From positions 1 to 64,000 of the forward strand of contig QPMI01000209.1 of the NCBI GenBank assembly GCA_004431415.1: DNA of 64,000 bases, written 5' to 3'. The position numbers and the translations under genes were made by a program. Position 1 is the first letter of the stretch. The number at the start of each line of letters is the position of its first letter. Shown here one piece after another: positions 33,901 to 43,757 of this stretch. Origin of the DNA: Cyanophora paradoxa CCMP329 (Eukaryota; Plantae; Glaucophyta). The notes under the pieces are model-generated. The model had not been told where the DNA came from. It made no database searches and was given only the letters and a program-made list of their open reading frames with translations.

Positions 33901-36900
33901 TGATTGCTTTCCGCCGCAGCGTTCCCGTTCCCGGAGCTCTCGGTGCTCATGAGCGTGTACCAGCCGATGGCGATGGCGTCCGCGGCGTACCTCCCCCTCG
34001 CCCCCGCCGGCGTCCAGGCGGGAATCATTATATTTTTGGTGCGTGGCTCACATTTTACAAAGTGTTGCCGCAGCCTCACCAATCCGGCCGCCGAGGCAGA
34101 TTCTCGGCTGCGTGGTCGTTCCGGCCCTGTTTCTATGCGTGCTTGTGTACCGCATTCGGAACGACCGGCTTCTCATCTACGAGCCGAACGAGCCGATCTT
34201 TCAGGTCCAGCCGTTTCCACGCTGATTTTGATTTTGCTCTGACCCTTGTCATCGTTCGCGAAGACATTCACGGGCTCGCGTGCCCCGGACGTTGTCTGGG
34301 AGGAACTCCGCGAAGCGCAGCGGGGGAGGATCGCCATAGGCAGATACCGTCGCCCGGGCGAGCGTGTATATGGATTCGAGGACGCGACGGATGTCGGGAA
34401 ACCGAAAGGCCATGGGGGGAGCGACGCGACATCCGAGCGGAGCGGTGGACTGCTCGAGGAGCTCGATGAGAGCGGCTTCGAAGCGGATGGGCGCGCTCGC
34501 CCGCGGACAGTCGCCGGGCGCATGGGCGCTCGAGTTCGCCGCGCGGTCACGCGCTTCGCTATTCGCTTCGGAGACGCTATGGAGGTTTTTTTCGAGAAGG
34601 TTTGCCGTATTTCTACAGTTGTATACATCTTTATATGTACAGCGTCGCGCCTTCAGCTAAAGTCCTTTCGCGCACAGCTGGACGCTGTGATGTTCCGGGG
34701 GAACTGGGTGGTCAACCAGCACGAGTACGGAAACCGAGCGAAAGCTTTTGCAGACGGCTGGAACGTGCGTTGGCGTCGTTCGATCACTTTTCAGCGCAAC
34801 CGCGACGCGACGAAAGCTGACTGGCTTTCGTCAGATTCTCTACGGGGACTTCACCGACAAGCAAATGGCGTTTCTGACGGGTGTCCTGGCTCTCGTCCGC
34901 CAGCTGCTGAGCGTGATCATTGTCGGCGTCATGTCGGCTCAGCAGGCGCAGAGCAGCGGCAGCGGCGGCGAGGACAATGTTGTCAGCGGCGCGCTCGCGT
35001 CGGTGGGGGAGTCGTTCACCCCCATGCTCCAAGTGACGCTGCTTTTGGGGATCAACGTCTTCACGCTCGTTCTGCACATAATCGCCCGCCCGTTCATCTG
35101 CCGCTGGTTTGTGGGCTAAAGCTAGTTGTAGAATAATGCGGGCTTCTTTCATTTTCTGACGCCGATTTTCTCCGGGGATCCAGGGTCGGCATTGTGGAAG
35201 GCTTCACTCTGTTCGAGGAGTCAATCATCATGCTCGCCATCCTGCAGGTCGACCTCGGGTGGGGCTGGGACGCCGGTGAGCGCTTTCTGGCTCGTTGGCG
35301 CTTGGATCGTATCGAAGCCCTGCGCTTATCATGATCCGTTCGAAGGCGTGATCATGTTCCAAGTCGCGATGGTCATGAGCTTCATCCTGGTGGCCGACAA
35401 CATGCTCGGCAAGCTTCAGCTGCTGGGGGCGCTGATACAGAAGCGCATGGTAGTTGTGAACGCCATCCAAAAGGCGTCCAGCGCTGTGTCGGACGCGGTC
35501 ACCGGTCGGGTGAGGGCGTTGCGCGTCAACTGCGCCGAGTCGCGCATCGCTCTAGAGCTCCTCGCCAGCAAGTGAGTTGATCGCGCGATCCGTGTAGTGC
35601 GCTGGCAATTCGCCACGTTTCTGAATTTTTCTTTATGCAGGACTCGCAACGCGTGGACTATCATTGCTGACGTCGAGTGGACGCTGCGGCCGGATGCCTC
35701 TAGTCTAGGCCAGAAGGGCAGCAGCAAAGCGAAAGATGGTGATGGTTCGAAGCCGACAAGCACCTCGGTAGACATGGAATCGCTGTATCGGTGCGCTGTA
35801 CAGAAGCGCCGTTGTTGGAGACAGCTCACTGTGCCAATGGATGTCGTGCTGATCGCCCTGCAGATCGCGCTACGACTCCATCCTCCTCGGGCTCTTCTGC
35901 GCGCTCCAGAGGACCCCGGCAGCCGTCGACGGGACGACCAAGCTGCACATATCCGTGGCCGAGGAGAACGAAGAGGGGCTGCATGGCGCCTTGGAGAAGG
36001 CGCTGAGCGCTCTCAGAGAGCTCAGGCAACAGAAGCGGAGGGAGGATGCGGAGGCAGCTGCACGGATGTCTGTGATGCAGCGCATCCGCCAGCTGTTCGG
36101 CAAGAAGAAAGCCGAGGGAGCAAGGCAGGCGGAGACCGTGGGTCCTAAGCCGCGTCCTTTGAACCTCCCTGCACTCGCTCACGGCGAGGACGAAGACAAA
36201 GCCGGCAAGGGGTGCGAGTCAGGCGAGGCGGAGGCGAAGCTTCCCGCCGCGCTCAAGCGGCTGAAGAACGACGTCGCGCTCAACGAGCTCCTGGGCAAGC
36301 ACGGCCTCTTCTCGGAGGAGGAGCGCGCGGCGGAGCTCGAGCGGCGCAGCAGGGAGCTCGAGCGCCTCGCGGAGCGCGGGCGGCTGCAGGGCGACCGCGG
36401 CCGCACGTGCAGGCTCAAGTCCCAGTGGGAGGCGGCGGACAAGGCGCGGGTCCGGCAGATGCGCTACTGGCGCGGTGTCGTGCGCGAGCTGTGGCGCTTC
36501 GGCGACGTCGAAGTGTTGCCACCGGCTGCTGCTGCGAGGGACGGTGCGGGCCACAGATCGCCCGCGGAAGCGCACCGCGTCCACGGCGCGCTCCACCGCG
36601 CGCGGTCGATGTCTGCACCGGGTCTCACCGCCTGGACTCTCCCCGACTCCGCGGAGCCCAATATTGTGCTCCTCGACGAGTCTTCGCTTGGAAGCCAGTC
36701 CGGATCCGCGCAATCGGGCGCGAATCCCTCACGGCGCAACTCGCTGCCGCCCGTCGTCGCCGCGTATCCACCCGACCTCCACCTGCCGTCCACCGCCTCT
36801 GACTTAGTCGCACCTCGTTCCCACCTCTCTCCCCGGGACCAGCCCTTGAAGAACGCGGCGGCCCGCCCGGCCTCGGCCCTCGCGCTCGGCTCCGGCGCGC

Positions 36901-37223
36901 TGCAGCTCCCCGCACGCACCCTGCCGGATTTCGCGACCCGCAAACCCGCCCCCCTTCGCCCTCCACCGGGCATCGTGGCCGCAGTTTCGGACGCGCGGAC
37001 TCCGCCGCTGCTGGCGGCCACGTCGAGCGGCTCCATGGACGGCGGCGAGGCCAGCGGTGCCCAGCCGGCCGTCTTGGAGTCGGCCCGCTCCTTTGATCCG
37101 GCGTCGGCCCCGGGGCCGCCCCCTCGCTCGGTTCCGGGCCATGCCTCCGGCGACGGCCACCCGCTCGCGCTTCCTCCAGCCTCTAGCATCGATATCGTCT
37201 CCTCCCCTTCTGATTTTTACTAG
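17855..37223 (+). CDS. Giant multi-exon cell-surface membrane protein: LamG/ConA-like domain, unassigned Cys-rich region, tandem Cys-pair beta-sandwich-like repeats, IPT/TIG, PKD-like domains, multi-pass TM region (TRP/Flc-Pkd2-like), Pro/Ser-rich tail; start codon uncertain
   Basis: Hydrophobic IVVHVLVVACFLG (~18050). LamG-like WTHVAVS..IYVDG..LVIGA..FTG|LIDEVRAWNRSL (19280-19580). CTLTPRRLGELVW x5. IPT-like YPDVGPMTGGTRVTLTG (~30520). PKD-like FAWSVVGPG..PGNYTFTVDVTD, LDGRQSSDVDGAVQSYVW and GLTAGKWRFRVTATDN. TM helices from 33001 with LYGDF and ARPF motifs. The last exon ends TAG at 37223. Confidence 0.75.
18590..19147. repeat. Low-complexity C-rich intron with poly-C and (CA)n tracts and an internal duplication
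   Basis: Poly-C runs followed by (CA)n near 18790-18825 and 18897-18956. CCTCCTGTCTGC...CCTCTGATCCTGCCC occurs twice. Confidence 0.8.
24330..30020 (+). repeat. Five ~1.1-kb intragenic repeat units within the giant gene
   Basis: The core encoding CTLTPRRLGELVW recurs near 24700, 25805, 26963, 28098 and 29243. Segments 27781-28270 and 28926-29415 are near-identical (offset 1145). Confidence 0.9.
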
Positions 37224-37410
37224 TTGTGCGTTAATGTTAGTGATTCGGCTTCCATTGCCCGAACAGTTGCGCTTCCGCCAACCTCTAGTATAGCCAGCTC
37301 TAGCATCAGTGATCCAATTTCCAGATCTAGATTACATAGTTTAAGTTTCCTGCCTGAGCTTGAACTTCTGCTGGCTGGAGCCGACTTAGGGAATCGCGTT
37401 CTCCCCAGCA

Positions 37411-37436
37411 TCTCTCTCTCTCTCTCTCTCTCTCTC
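37411..37436. repeat. (TC)n microsatellite
   Basis: Pure TC run in the 3' flank of the giant gene. Confidence 0.9.
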
Positions 37437-38428
37437 TTATAATGATATATATATTATGAAATGTAAGAAACATTTGTGCCCTTTCGGCTTCTCCTTCTCC
37501 TTCTTTTTCGTAGTTCATCTTTTCGAATCTAAACATCACACTATGGCAGTAGTTTCGTATTTTCCTTCATGGTCATGCGACTTGCGATTCGTGACAGTCG
37601 TTAGCTAGTTTTCAATGAAGAGTTGTTTTAGCTTCCCATTGTGTCGGCTTCTGACTAGGTGAATGTCTGTACAGCGGCTCTCATATTGGAAATGGAAATC
37701 TTCCTTGGTGCCTAGCTTGTCTGTGGACCTCGCGCGCGATCTAATAGGTCCGAAGATCTGTGTCGGGGAAGACGACGTCGACATATTTCGTTATCTCTCC
37801 CTCGAGCTTCGGATTGTCCCTTCCCGAGTTCTTCATCTCTCTTCAGCCGGCCCCTCATGATCACCGCCGGCGCCACCGCTTCGAATTCACCATTGAAGCG
37901 CTAGCTATAGCGGCCTTGAAGCCAACTGATCATAAACGCCCCGGCCCTTGAAGTCTGCGAAATTTTATATAATTAAACATTAGAAGTGGTCCGGGGCATC
38001 GGGAGCTACTAGAGCTAGTGCGAGCAGCTCAACGGCAAGCTGGGCTACCAAGCAGAACATCATGGCATGGAAAAATTCTTCAGGCTCGGCCCTGGCCATG
38101 GGCACAGATCTATAGCTATATAGCTAGATCTAGAATTGATAATGAATGAAGACGTCCGAGCCTTCGAATTCTGAGTCTTCTGAGTACCGAAGTAGTACTA
38201 TCCGGATCCTTCAGTGGTCCTTCAGTGATGTTATATAAATTTGGTCCTTCAGAAGCTAATCATGAGCATGAGCTGCTAGCGCTTAAGTCCTCGAATTCGA
38301 ATTCTGATCATGAGTCTTCTAGAAGAGTCTGCAGCTTCACCTTCCAAGAGGCCGCCGCGGCGACCGTCACGCGCTCAAATTCAAACGCAAAATCGTTGAG
38401 CTAATGAAATGAACATGAAATCCCTACT

Positions 38429-38956
38429 CATTAACTCACTTGGCTTAATTCTCGCGCGCGATAGACTCAGAGATCTGGATCAGGATCGTATGCTGGAGAT
38501 ATCTGATTTCGAATATACTGCCGGCCGTACACTCTAGTTGAATACAATTGGATGCCTGAATAGCGATCAGGGGGCTGCAAACGAGGCTAAGGTCTACATC
38601 AAGACCGACAGCTACGAGGGTGCTGGCCTCTGGGCGCCTCAAGGGACGGTGTGGGCGGGAAAACGCGAAATGAGGCGGCTCGGACGCCGCGCTTGTTTGC
38701 GAAAACGCGTATGGGTACGCCAGTACAAGTTGACTACTTGGATCAAATTCGGAGTTTGAGACTTAACTGCAAAATTCAGGGCTCGAACAGCCGGCTCGCT
38801 AACCTCAGTAAATCTACTTTACTACCCATTAACTCACTTGGCTTAATTCTCGCGCGCGATAGACTCAGAGATCTGGATCAGGATCGTATGCTGGAGATAT
38901 CTGATTTCGAATATACTGCCGGCCGTACACTCTAGTTGAATACAATTGGATGCCTG
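38429..38956 (-). repeat. 3' split-repeat block: B2 (38429-38558), unique spacer (38559-38663), A2 (38664-38829), B1 (38827-38956)
   Basis: Direct sequence identity between copies. A2 and B1 overlap at CAT 38827-38829. Confidence 0.93.
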
Positions 38957-40309
38957 TGGCCAGATAGAGGAGCGGAGGCGGAGGATGGATTCTGGGGGAG
39001 TGCGAATATAGACCAGGAAGGCGTCGCTCTTCCAGCGACCAAGGAGCTGAATGGCGTAGGCCGGCATGCCGGCCTCCGCGGCCGCCGTCGCCGCGCCGAT
39101 TCGGAAGGAGTGGGGCTGAAGGCGCTGGGCTGCAGGAACTTTTGCAGCGACGAGCCAGGACGCGAGGGCGGCCGAGAAGGCAGAGCGATGGAGGGGCCGC
39201 CCATCGCCGTGGCAGAACAGGAAGTCGCCCGGGCGGTGGGCGAAGGCGTCGACAAGGCGGCGGAGGGCGCAGTGGGCGCACACGGGATCGTCGACGTGAG
39301 GCAGGTCGACGTCGACGCCACTCCGAGCCTGGTCGGTCTTCGAGGCCTTGAGGCGGAGGCGGGCGAAGGGCGGGGTCGCTGGGGATTCGTGAAAGGAGAG
39401 ATCGCGGCGGAGAAAGAGGCGGGTGGGGTCGGCAGGAGAGCGTGTGGCGCAGATTTCGCCTGCGCGAAGGAAGCCGAAGAAGGCCGTGGAGAAGGCGGTG
39501 GCGAGGAGGAGGGAATCGTGGGGGCCGTTTGGTTCTGTAAAAGAGTGCTGCAGGAGGCGGGAGAGGATCTCGGGAGTGATCGGGAGGCGTCGAGGGCGGT
39601 CAGAGGCCGGAGAGGCGTGCTCAATGCCCTTGAGGGCGCGCTGGAGGCGAGGGGAGGAGGACATGAAGGTGCGGAAGCCGGAGTCGACGTGCAAGGACTG
39701 CACGGCATACATGTAGGTGCGGACGGAGCTGGGAGCGACCCGCTTGCGGCAGGCGAGGTGGGCGGCAAAGAGGACGAGAGTGCACTCGTCGGCGGGGAGG
39801 AGAGAATGGGGTCTGGAGGAGGAGAAGAGGCCGAGATCGAGGCAGAATTCGACGAACTGGTTTTGCACGGAGGTATAGGACTGCTGGGTCCTCGCGGCGA
39901 GACCGGCGCTGTACAGGGCTGCGGCGGCGGCAACGAGCCCAGGGTCTCGGGCCACTGCGGGGGAGTCGGCGAGGAAGCCGCTGACGGGAGCCGCTCCCGA
40001 AAGACGCCGATCTGCAGGCGAGAGAGCGGGTCGGCGAGCGTGTTCTGGAGGCCGGGAACGTGCTCGGCGCGAAATTCGAAATGGTAAAGGGCGGAGAGGC
40101 GGTACAGGGAGCGGAGGAGGGGAGCGAGGGCCGGCCGCGAAATGCGGCCGCCGGAGAGGGCATGGAAAACGGGTTGGCAGTCGGTTTGAAAAATAATTCG
40201 CTGCTGCTGCCAGCTGGGACCCCAAGTCGCTGCAGCGATGACGAGGGCCATGAGCTCGCGCCAGGGCATGCTGCGAGGCGTGTCCTCCGGCCACGACCCG
40301 TAAGTCCAC
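38843..40309 (-). CDS. Tyrosine recombinase of the retroelement (true start uncertain; recognisable domain from ~39930)
   Basis: SAM-like LAARTQQSY..F..FC, then FFGFLRAGE (R), LKASKTDQ (K), HSFRIGAAT (H-x-x-R) and LLGRWKSDAFLVYIR (W, catalytic Y). Confidence 0.95.
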   Translation of the reverse strand: MDLRVVAGGHASQHALARAHGPRHRCSDLGSQLAAAANYFSNRLPTRFPCPLRRPHFAAGPRSPPPLPVPPLRPLPFRISRRARSRPPEHARRPALSPADRRLSGAAPVSGFLADSPAVARDPGLVAAAAALYSAGLAARTQQSYTSVQNQFVEFCLDLGLFSSSRPHSLLPADECTLVLFAAHLACRKRVAPSSVRTYMYAVQSLHVDSGFRTFMSSSPRLQRALKGIEHASPASDRPRRLPITPEILSRLLQHSFTEPNGPHDSLLLATAFSTAFFGFLRAGEICATRSPADPTRLFLRRDLSFHESPATPPFARLRLKASKTDQARSGVDVDLPHVDDPVCAHCALRRLVDAFAHRPGDFLFCHGDGRPLHRSAFSAALASWLVAAKVPAAQRLQPHSFRIGAATAAAEAGMPAYAIQLLGRWKSDAFLVYIRTPPESILRLRSSIWPQASNCIQLECTAGSIFEIRYLQHTILIQISESIAREN

Positions 40310-42588
40310 AAGCTGCCGAAAACTGCGCCGAAGCCGAGATTGCTGGCGTCGGTTTGGATTCGCAGCACCGCAGCGGATTGCCAGTCAGACGTAGGGATCA
40401 GGCGGACGCCATGCAGCCGCTGGAGGAGGTCCCGCCACCAGGCGAGGTCAGCTTGAAAACCGGCATGAAGCCGGGCGCGGTGGTGATTGGCCCGCAGGGT
40501 GGCAAGCTGCGCCATGACCCTGCGGAGGAAGAAGCGCCCCGCAGGGACGACAGGCACGGCGGAGACGAGGGAGCCGGCGAGGGAGCGGAGCTGGCTGGCC
40601 GAGGCGTGGCTGCGAGTGGCCCACTCTGCGAGCTGCGCCTCCAAATCCGCGAGCCGCTCCGGAGACAGGCGGGCCACCATCGCGAGGCTGTCAAGCTCAA
40701 TGCCGAGGAAGGTGAGGCGGGTGGCGGGTCCTTCTAGCTTATGCGGGGCCAGAGGAATACCGAGGTCCGCGCAGACCTCGAGCAGCGCGTCGATGTACCG
40801 CCGGCACTCGCCGGTGCCAGCCCGCCCGATGAGGAAAATGTCGTCGACATATCGGGTGGGATCGAGCCCACGGCGACGGAGGGCAAAATCGAGGGCCTGG
40901 CCGAGGTCCTCGAAAATGCGAGGGGAGGAGCGGGCGCCGAAGGGAAGGCAGAGATCGATGAAAAATTCGAGAATGGTGGGATTGGAGCGGGAGGGGAGGG
41001 CGAAGCCGAGAAGCCACCAGTCCTTCCGCCGCACCGCCAGCAGGCGAAAGGCAGACTCGATATCCGCCTTAGCCATCTCGGCGCCGCGGCCAAGCTGGAC
41101 TAGAAGCTCGATCGGCCTGCTGATCTTCGCATTCTGATAATGCAGCTCATCGGGGTCAATGCCGCTATTGACAGACGAGCCGCGGTGCTTGGGGTGCGAG
41201 AGATTATGAATCCGACGCCATTTAGTCGAACGCTTCTTCGGAATTGCACCGACTGGGGAGGCGACGAAAGGGGCGAGGGGAGGAGACGGGAACGGGCCGG
41301 CGACCCGCCCCATGGCGATCTCCTTCTCGACGTCCTGCCGCACTACGTCGATGTGCTCGAGGGCAGAGGGTTCGGGGCGGTAAATTGCAGAGAAACAGGG
41401 GCCGCGGTACTGCAACGGGAAGCCGTGGGCGAAGCCGTGTGCGAGACGGGCGGCGAGGGAGGGGTCCGGGTGGCCCTCCAGGGCTGCGGCGATGCGATCG
41501 GGCCGCACCGGCGTTGGAGCAAGGCCGGGCGGGACGCCTGGAAGCAGCTGATCGACATCGAAGTCGGGGACATCGATGGAGAAGGGCGGTGGGGCCTGCG
41601 GTACCCCGGCCCCAGCGAACAGGCGAGGTCCGGCGTCCGGCAGTGCTGACGGACCGGCTGGGAGAGAGGCGCCCGCCGCGAGGCCCGGGGGGCCAGCGGG
41701 GCGGGCGCGCAGGGAGGCGGCAGCAGGGCCTCCGGAAGGGCGGGCCAGGCCCGCGAAATCGGCGCGAATCGGAGCACCAGCGGCGCCCGCCGCGGGGCCC
41801 GGGGGGCCAGCGGGGCGGGCGCGCAGGGAGGCGGCAGCAGGGCCTCCGGAAGGGCGGGCCAGGCCCGCGAAATCGGCGCGCATCGGAGCGCCAGCGGCGC
41901 CCGCCGCGGGCCCGGGGGCCGGCGGGCGGGCGCGCAGGGAGGCGGCAGCAGGGCCTCCGGAAGGGCGGGCCAGGCCCGCGAAATCGGCGCGCATCGGAGC
42001 GCCAGCGGCGCCCGCCGCGGGCCCGGGGGGCCGGCGGGGCGGGCGCGCAGGGAGGCGGCAGCAGGGCCTCCGGAAGGGCGGGCCAGGCCGCGAAATCGGC
42101 GCGAATCGGAGCGCCAGCGGCGCCCGCCGCGGGGCCCTGGGGGCGGCGGGGCGGGCGCGCAGGGAGGCGGCAGCGGGGCCTCCGGAAGGGCGGGTCAAGC
42201 CCGCGAAATCGGCGCGAATCGGAGCGCCAGCGGCGCCCGCCGCGTGGCCCGGGGGGCCGGCGGGGCGGGCGGCAGGGATGGAGTGTGTGGCAGAGAGATG
42301 GGGCTGGAGAAGGACTGGGGAGGCGCGCAGCCTGCGGGGCGGGCGCCGGGAGTGGCCGCTGGGGGAGGGCGGCGGCCGCGCCCGAACGCGAGGGGGCTCA
42401 GAGGGGGCCGCGCGAGCGGCCTCCGGTGCCCCGTGAACGGCTGGTCGCGGCCCGGCACGATTGCTCCTCGCCGTCGCGGCAGCCGGCGTGCCCGCACGCG
42501 ACGCAGACGTGGCGGCGGCGGCAGCCGTCGCAGCGCCGCCCGTTGTTGTAGAGCCAGCAGACGTCCTCCCCTGGCTGGCCGGCGCCAT
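38932..42588 (-). CDS. Reverse transcriptase / RNase H (DIRS/Ngaro pol) with Ala/Pro/Gly-rich repeat N-terminus
   Basis: RT motifs GRVAGPF, SPVGAIPKK..WRRIHNLSHP, AKADIESAFR, LPFGARSSP, YVDD and FLGIELDS. RNase H motifs TDASNLGFG, TDC and HVPGLQNTLADPLSR. The recognisable protein ends ~39950 but the frame stays open across the YR ORF. Confidence 0.93.
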   Translation of the reverse strand: MAPASQGRTSAGSTTTGGAATAAAAATSASRAGTPAAATARSNRAGPRPAVHGAPEAARAAPSEPPRVRARPPPSPSGHSRRPPRRLRASPVLLQPHLSATHSIPAARPAGPPGHAAGAAGAPIRADFAGLTRPSGGPAAASLRARPAAPRAPRRAPLALRFAPISRPGPPFRRPCCRLPARPPRRPPGPAAGAAGAPMRADFAGLARPSGGPAAASLRARPPAPGPAAGAAGAPMRADFAGLARPSGGPAAASLRARPAGPPGPAAGAAGAPIRADFAGLARPSGGPAAASLRARPAGPPGLAAGASLPAGPSALPDAGPRLFAGAGVPQAPPPFSIDVPDFDVDQLLPGVPPGLAPTPVRPDRIAAALEGHPDPSLAARLAHGFAHGFPLQYRGPCFSAIYRPEPSALEHIDVVRQDVEKEIAMGRVAGPFPSPPLAPFVASPVGAIPKKRSTKWRRIHNLSHPKHRGSSVNSGIDPDELHYQNAKISRPIELLVQLGRGAEMAKADIESAFRLLAVRRKDWWLLGFALPSRSNPTILEFFIDLCLPFGARSSPRIFEDLGQALDFALRRRGLDPTRYVDDIFLIGRAGTGECRRYIDALLEVCADLGIPLAPHKLEGPATRLTFLGIELDSLAMVARLSPERLADLEAQLAEWATRSHASASQLRSLAGSLVSAVPVVPAGRFFLRRVMAQLATLRANHHRARLHAGFQADLAWWRDLLQRLHGVRLIPTSDWQSAAVLRIQTDASNLGFGAVFGSLWTYGSWPEDTPRSMPWRELMALVIAAATWGPSWQQQRIIFQTDCQPVFHALSGGRISRPALAPLLRSLYRLSALYHFEFRAEHVPGLQNTLADPLSRLQIGVFRERLPSAASSPTPPQWPETLGSLPPPQPCTAPVSPRGPSSPIPPCKTSSSNSASISASSPPPDPILSSPPTSALSSSLPPTSPAASGSLPAPSAPTCMPCSPCTSTPASAPSCPPPLASSAPSRALSTPLRPLTALDASRSLPRSSPASCSTLLQNQTAPTIPSSSPPPSPRPSSASFAQAKSAPHALLPTPPASFSAAISPFTNPQRPRPSPASASRPRRPTRLGVASTSTCLTSTIPCAPTAPSAALSTPSPTARATSCSATAMGGPSIALPSRPPSRPGSSLQKFLQPSAFSPTPSESARRRRPRRPACRPTPFSSLVAGRATPSWSIFALPQNPSSASAPLSGHRHPIVFN
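41669..42275 (-). repeat. ~5 tandem copies of a ~114-bp (38-codon) unit in the 5' part of pol
   Basis: GCGAAATCGGCGC recurs at 41753, 41867, 41978, 42090 and 42203. The unit encodes AAGAAGAP(I/M)RADFAGLARPSGGPAAASLRARPAGPPGP. Confidence 0.9.
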
Positions 42589-43726
42589 AGCGGGGGTCCT
42601 GGCGAACTGCGGCGCCCGCCGAGGGCCGCGGGGCCTCGTGGCGGGACGAGCCCGGGCGCCCGAGCGGGAGGGCCGCAGCGTGCACCGAGGGCCGAAAGGA
42701 ATCGGCGGAGAGGGGGCCGGGCTCCTCAGATGGCGGAGCGCTGTTGGTGACGGTCGTATTCAGAATCATCGAGTCCCCGTCGCCAAGATCGTGCGCCCGG
42801 GAGCGGTCAGCGCGCTCGGCGATCTGGCGCCGCATCCGGACCGAGTACTCGTAGGCCGATGCCCACGGGGCCCGGCGGGCAAGCGAGTAGATCTCCCACA
42901 TGTGCAGGAAGATCTCGATCAGCCGGCGGTGCGACTCCTCGAAGTCCGGTTTGCCGGAGGGCAAGACGGGCATGTTCTCGCGCCGGCCCGCCGCCACCCC
43001 GAGGGCGGCGAGGCAGGCTCCGAAGTCGATGGCGTTGAGGTTGCGGGAGGAGGAGGCGGATCCGGAGGCGGAGCGGAGGCCGGCCGCGGAAAGGATGGCG
43101 GAGATGGTGGGGTCGACGGAGGCGGGCTTATCGATCGGGTGGGAGGAGAAAGCGGGGCGGAAAACGTGGGGAAGGAGGTCGATGTACTCACCGCTCATGA
43201 GGCGAGCGGAGAGCTCCGTGCCCGGGGCGCCAAGGGATCTGGGGAAGGTGGAGCCGCGCTCGCGATCAATTTTCGCGGCGGGGGCGCTATCGGCTGTGGG
43301 GGCCGCGGGCGATGCGCTGAGGCGGGCTTCCAGGTTTGCAATCGCACGGGTGAGCTGATCGAGGCGCTGAGACGTCTCCGAATCGGCTGGGGCTGACCGC
43401 CGCCGCTGGCGCGAAATTTTTGAATTCGCGGGGCCGGCTGCCTGGGGCGGGCTCTCGATGCCTGCGAAGCGGACGCGTGCTGAATGCGGACGCTCGCCGA
43501 GCTCGGAGGCGCTAGTCTCGCCTCCGGAGACTACCGAAGGTGCTGCGGCTGACTCTGATTCGCTGGCGGCTGCGGCCGGAGCACGCGAGCCCCGTCGTGC
43601 ACGCGCAGAAGGTGCTGAGGGAGTGGTTTTGCGGCTACTGGAACTGCTGGCCGGCATGAACGCGGTGGCGCGAGTTGCGCGGCGAGATGCAAGACGCTTG
43701 CTGCTGTTGTCGGGGTGATCTGACAT
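42398..43726 (-). CDS. Gag-like ORF1 of the retroelement
   Basis: Likely start MSDHPDN at 43726, just inside A1. The C-terminal Cys/His knuckle CWLYNNGRRCDGCRRRHVCVACGH is typical of DIRS/Ngaro ORF1. Overlaps pol by ~190 nt. Confidence 0.85.
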   Translation of the reverse strand: MSDHPDNSSKRLASRRATRATAFMPASSSSSRKTTPSAPSARARRGSRAPAAAASESESAAAPSVVSGGETSASELGERPHSARVRFAGIESPPQAAGPANSKISRQRRRSAPADSETSQRLDQLTRAIANLEARLSASPAAPTADSAPAAKIDRERGSTFPRSLGAPGTELSARLMSGEYIDLLPHVFRPAFSSHPIDKPASVDPTISAILSAAGLRSASGSASSSRNLNAIDFGACLAALGVAAGRRENMPVLPSGKPDFEESHRRLIEIFLHMWEIYSLARRAPWASAYEYSVRMRRQIAERADRSRAHDLGDGDSMILNTTVTNSAPPSEEPGPLSADSFRPSVHAAALPLGRPGSSRHEAPRPSAGAAVRQDPRYGAGQPGEDVCWLYNNGRRCDGCRRRHVCVACGHAGCRDGEEQSCRAATSRSRGTGGRSRGPL

Positions 43727-43757
43727 GCTGTGGGATGTCGCAGTGCACGGGGCTGTG

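Noticed and set aside
38559-38663. Self-cleaving ribozyme (twister/hammerhead) in the retroelement spacer
   Set aside because: TAA, GAGGG and a hairpin are present, but the required core order and pseudoknot pairings could not be built.
38932-39950. Extra C-terminal domain (e.g. methyltransferase) on pol
   Set aside because: The translation is Pro/Ser low-complexity read-through of the overlapping YR frame, with no methyltransferase motifs.
38936-43396. Long plus-strand ORFs antisense to the retroelement (e.g. 38936-40087, 41244-42551, 42461-43396)
   Set aside because: Shadow frames of GC-rich coding DNA with no motifs.
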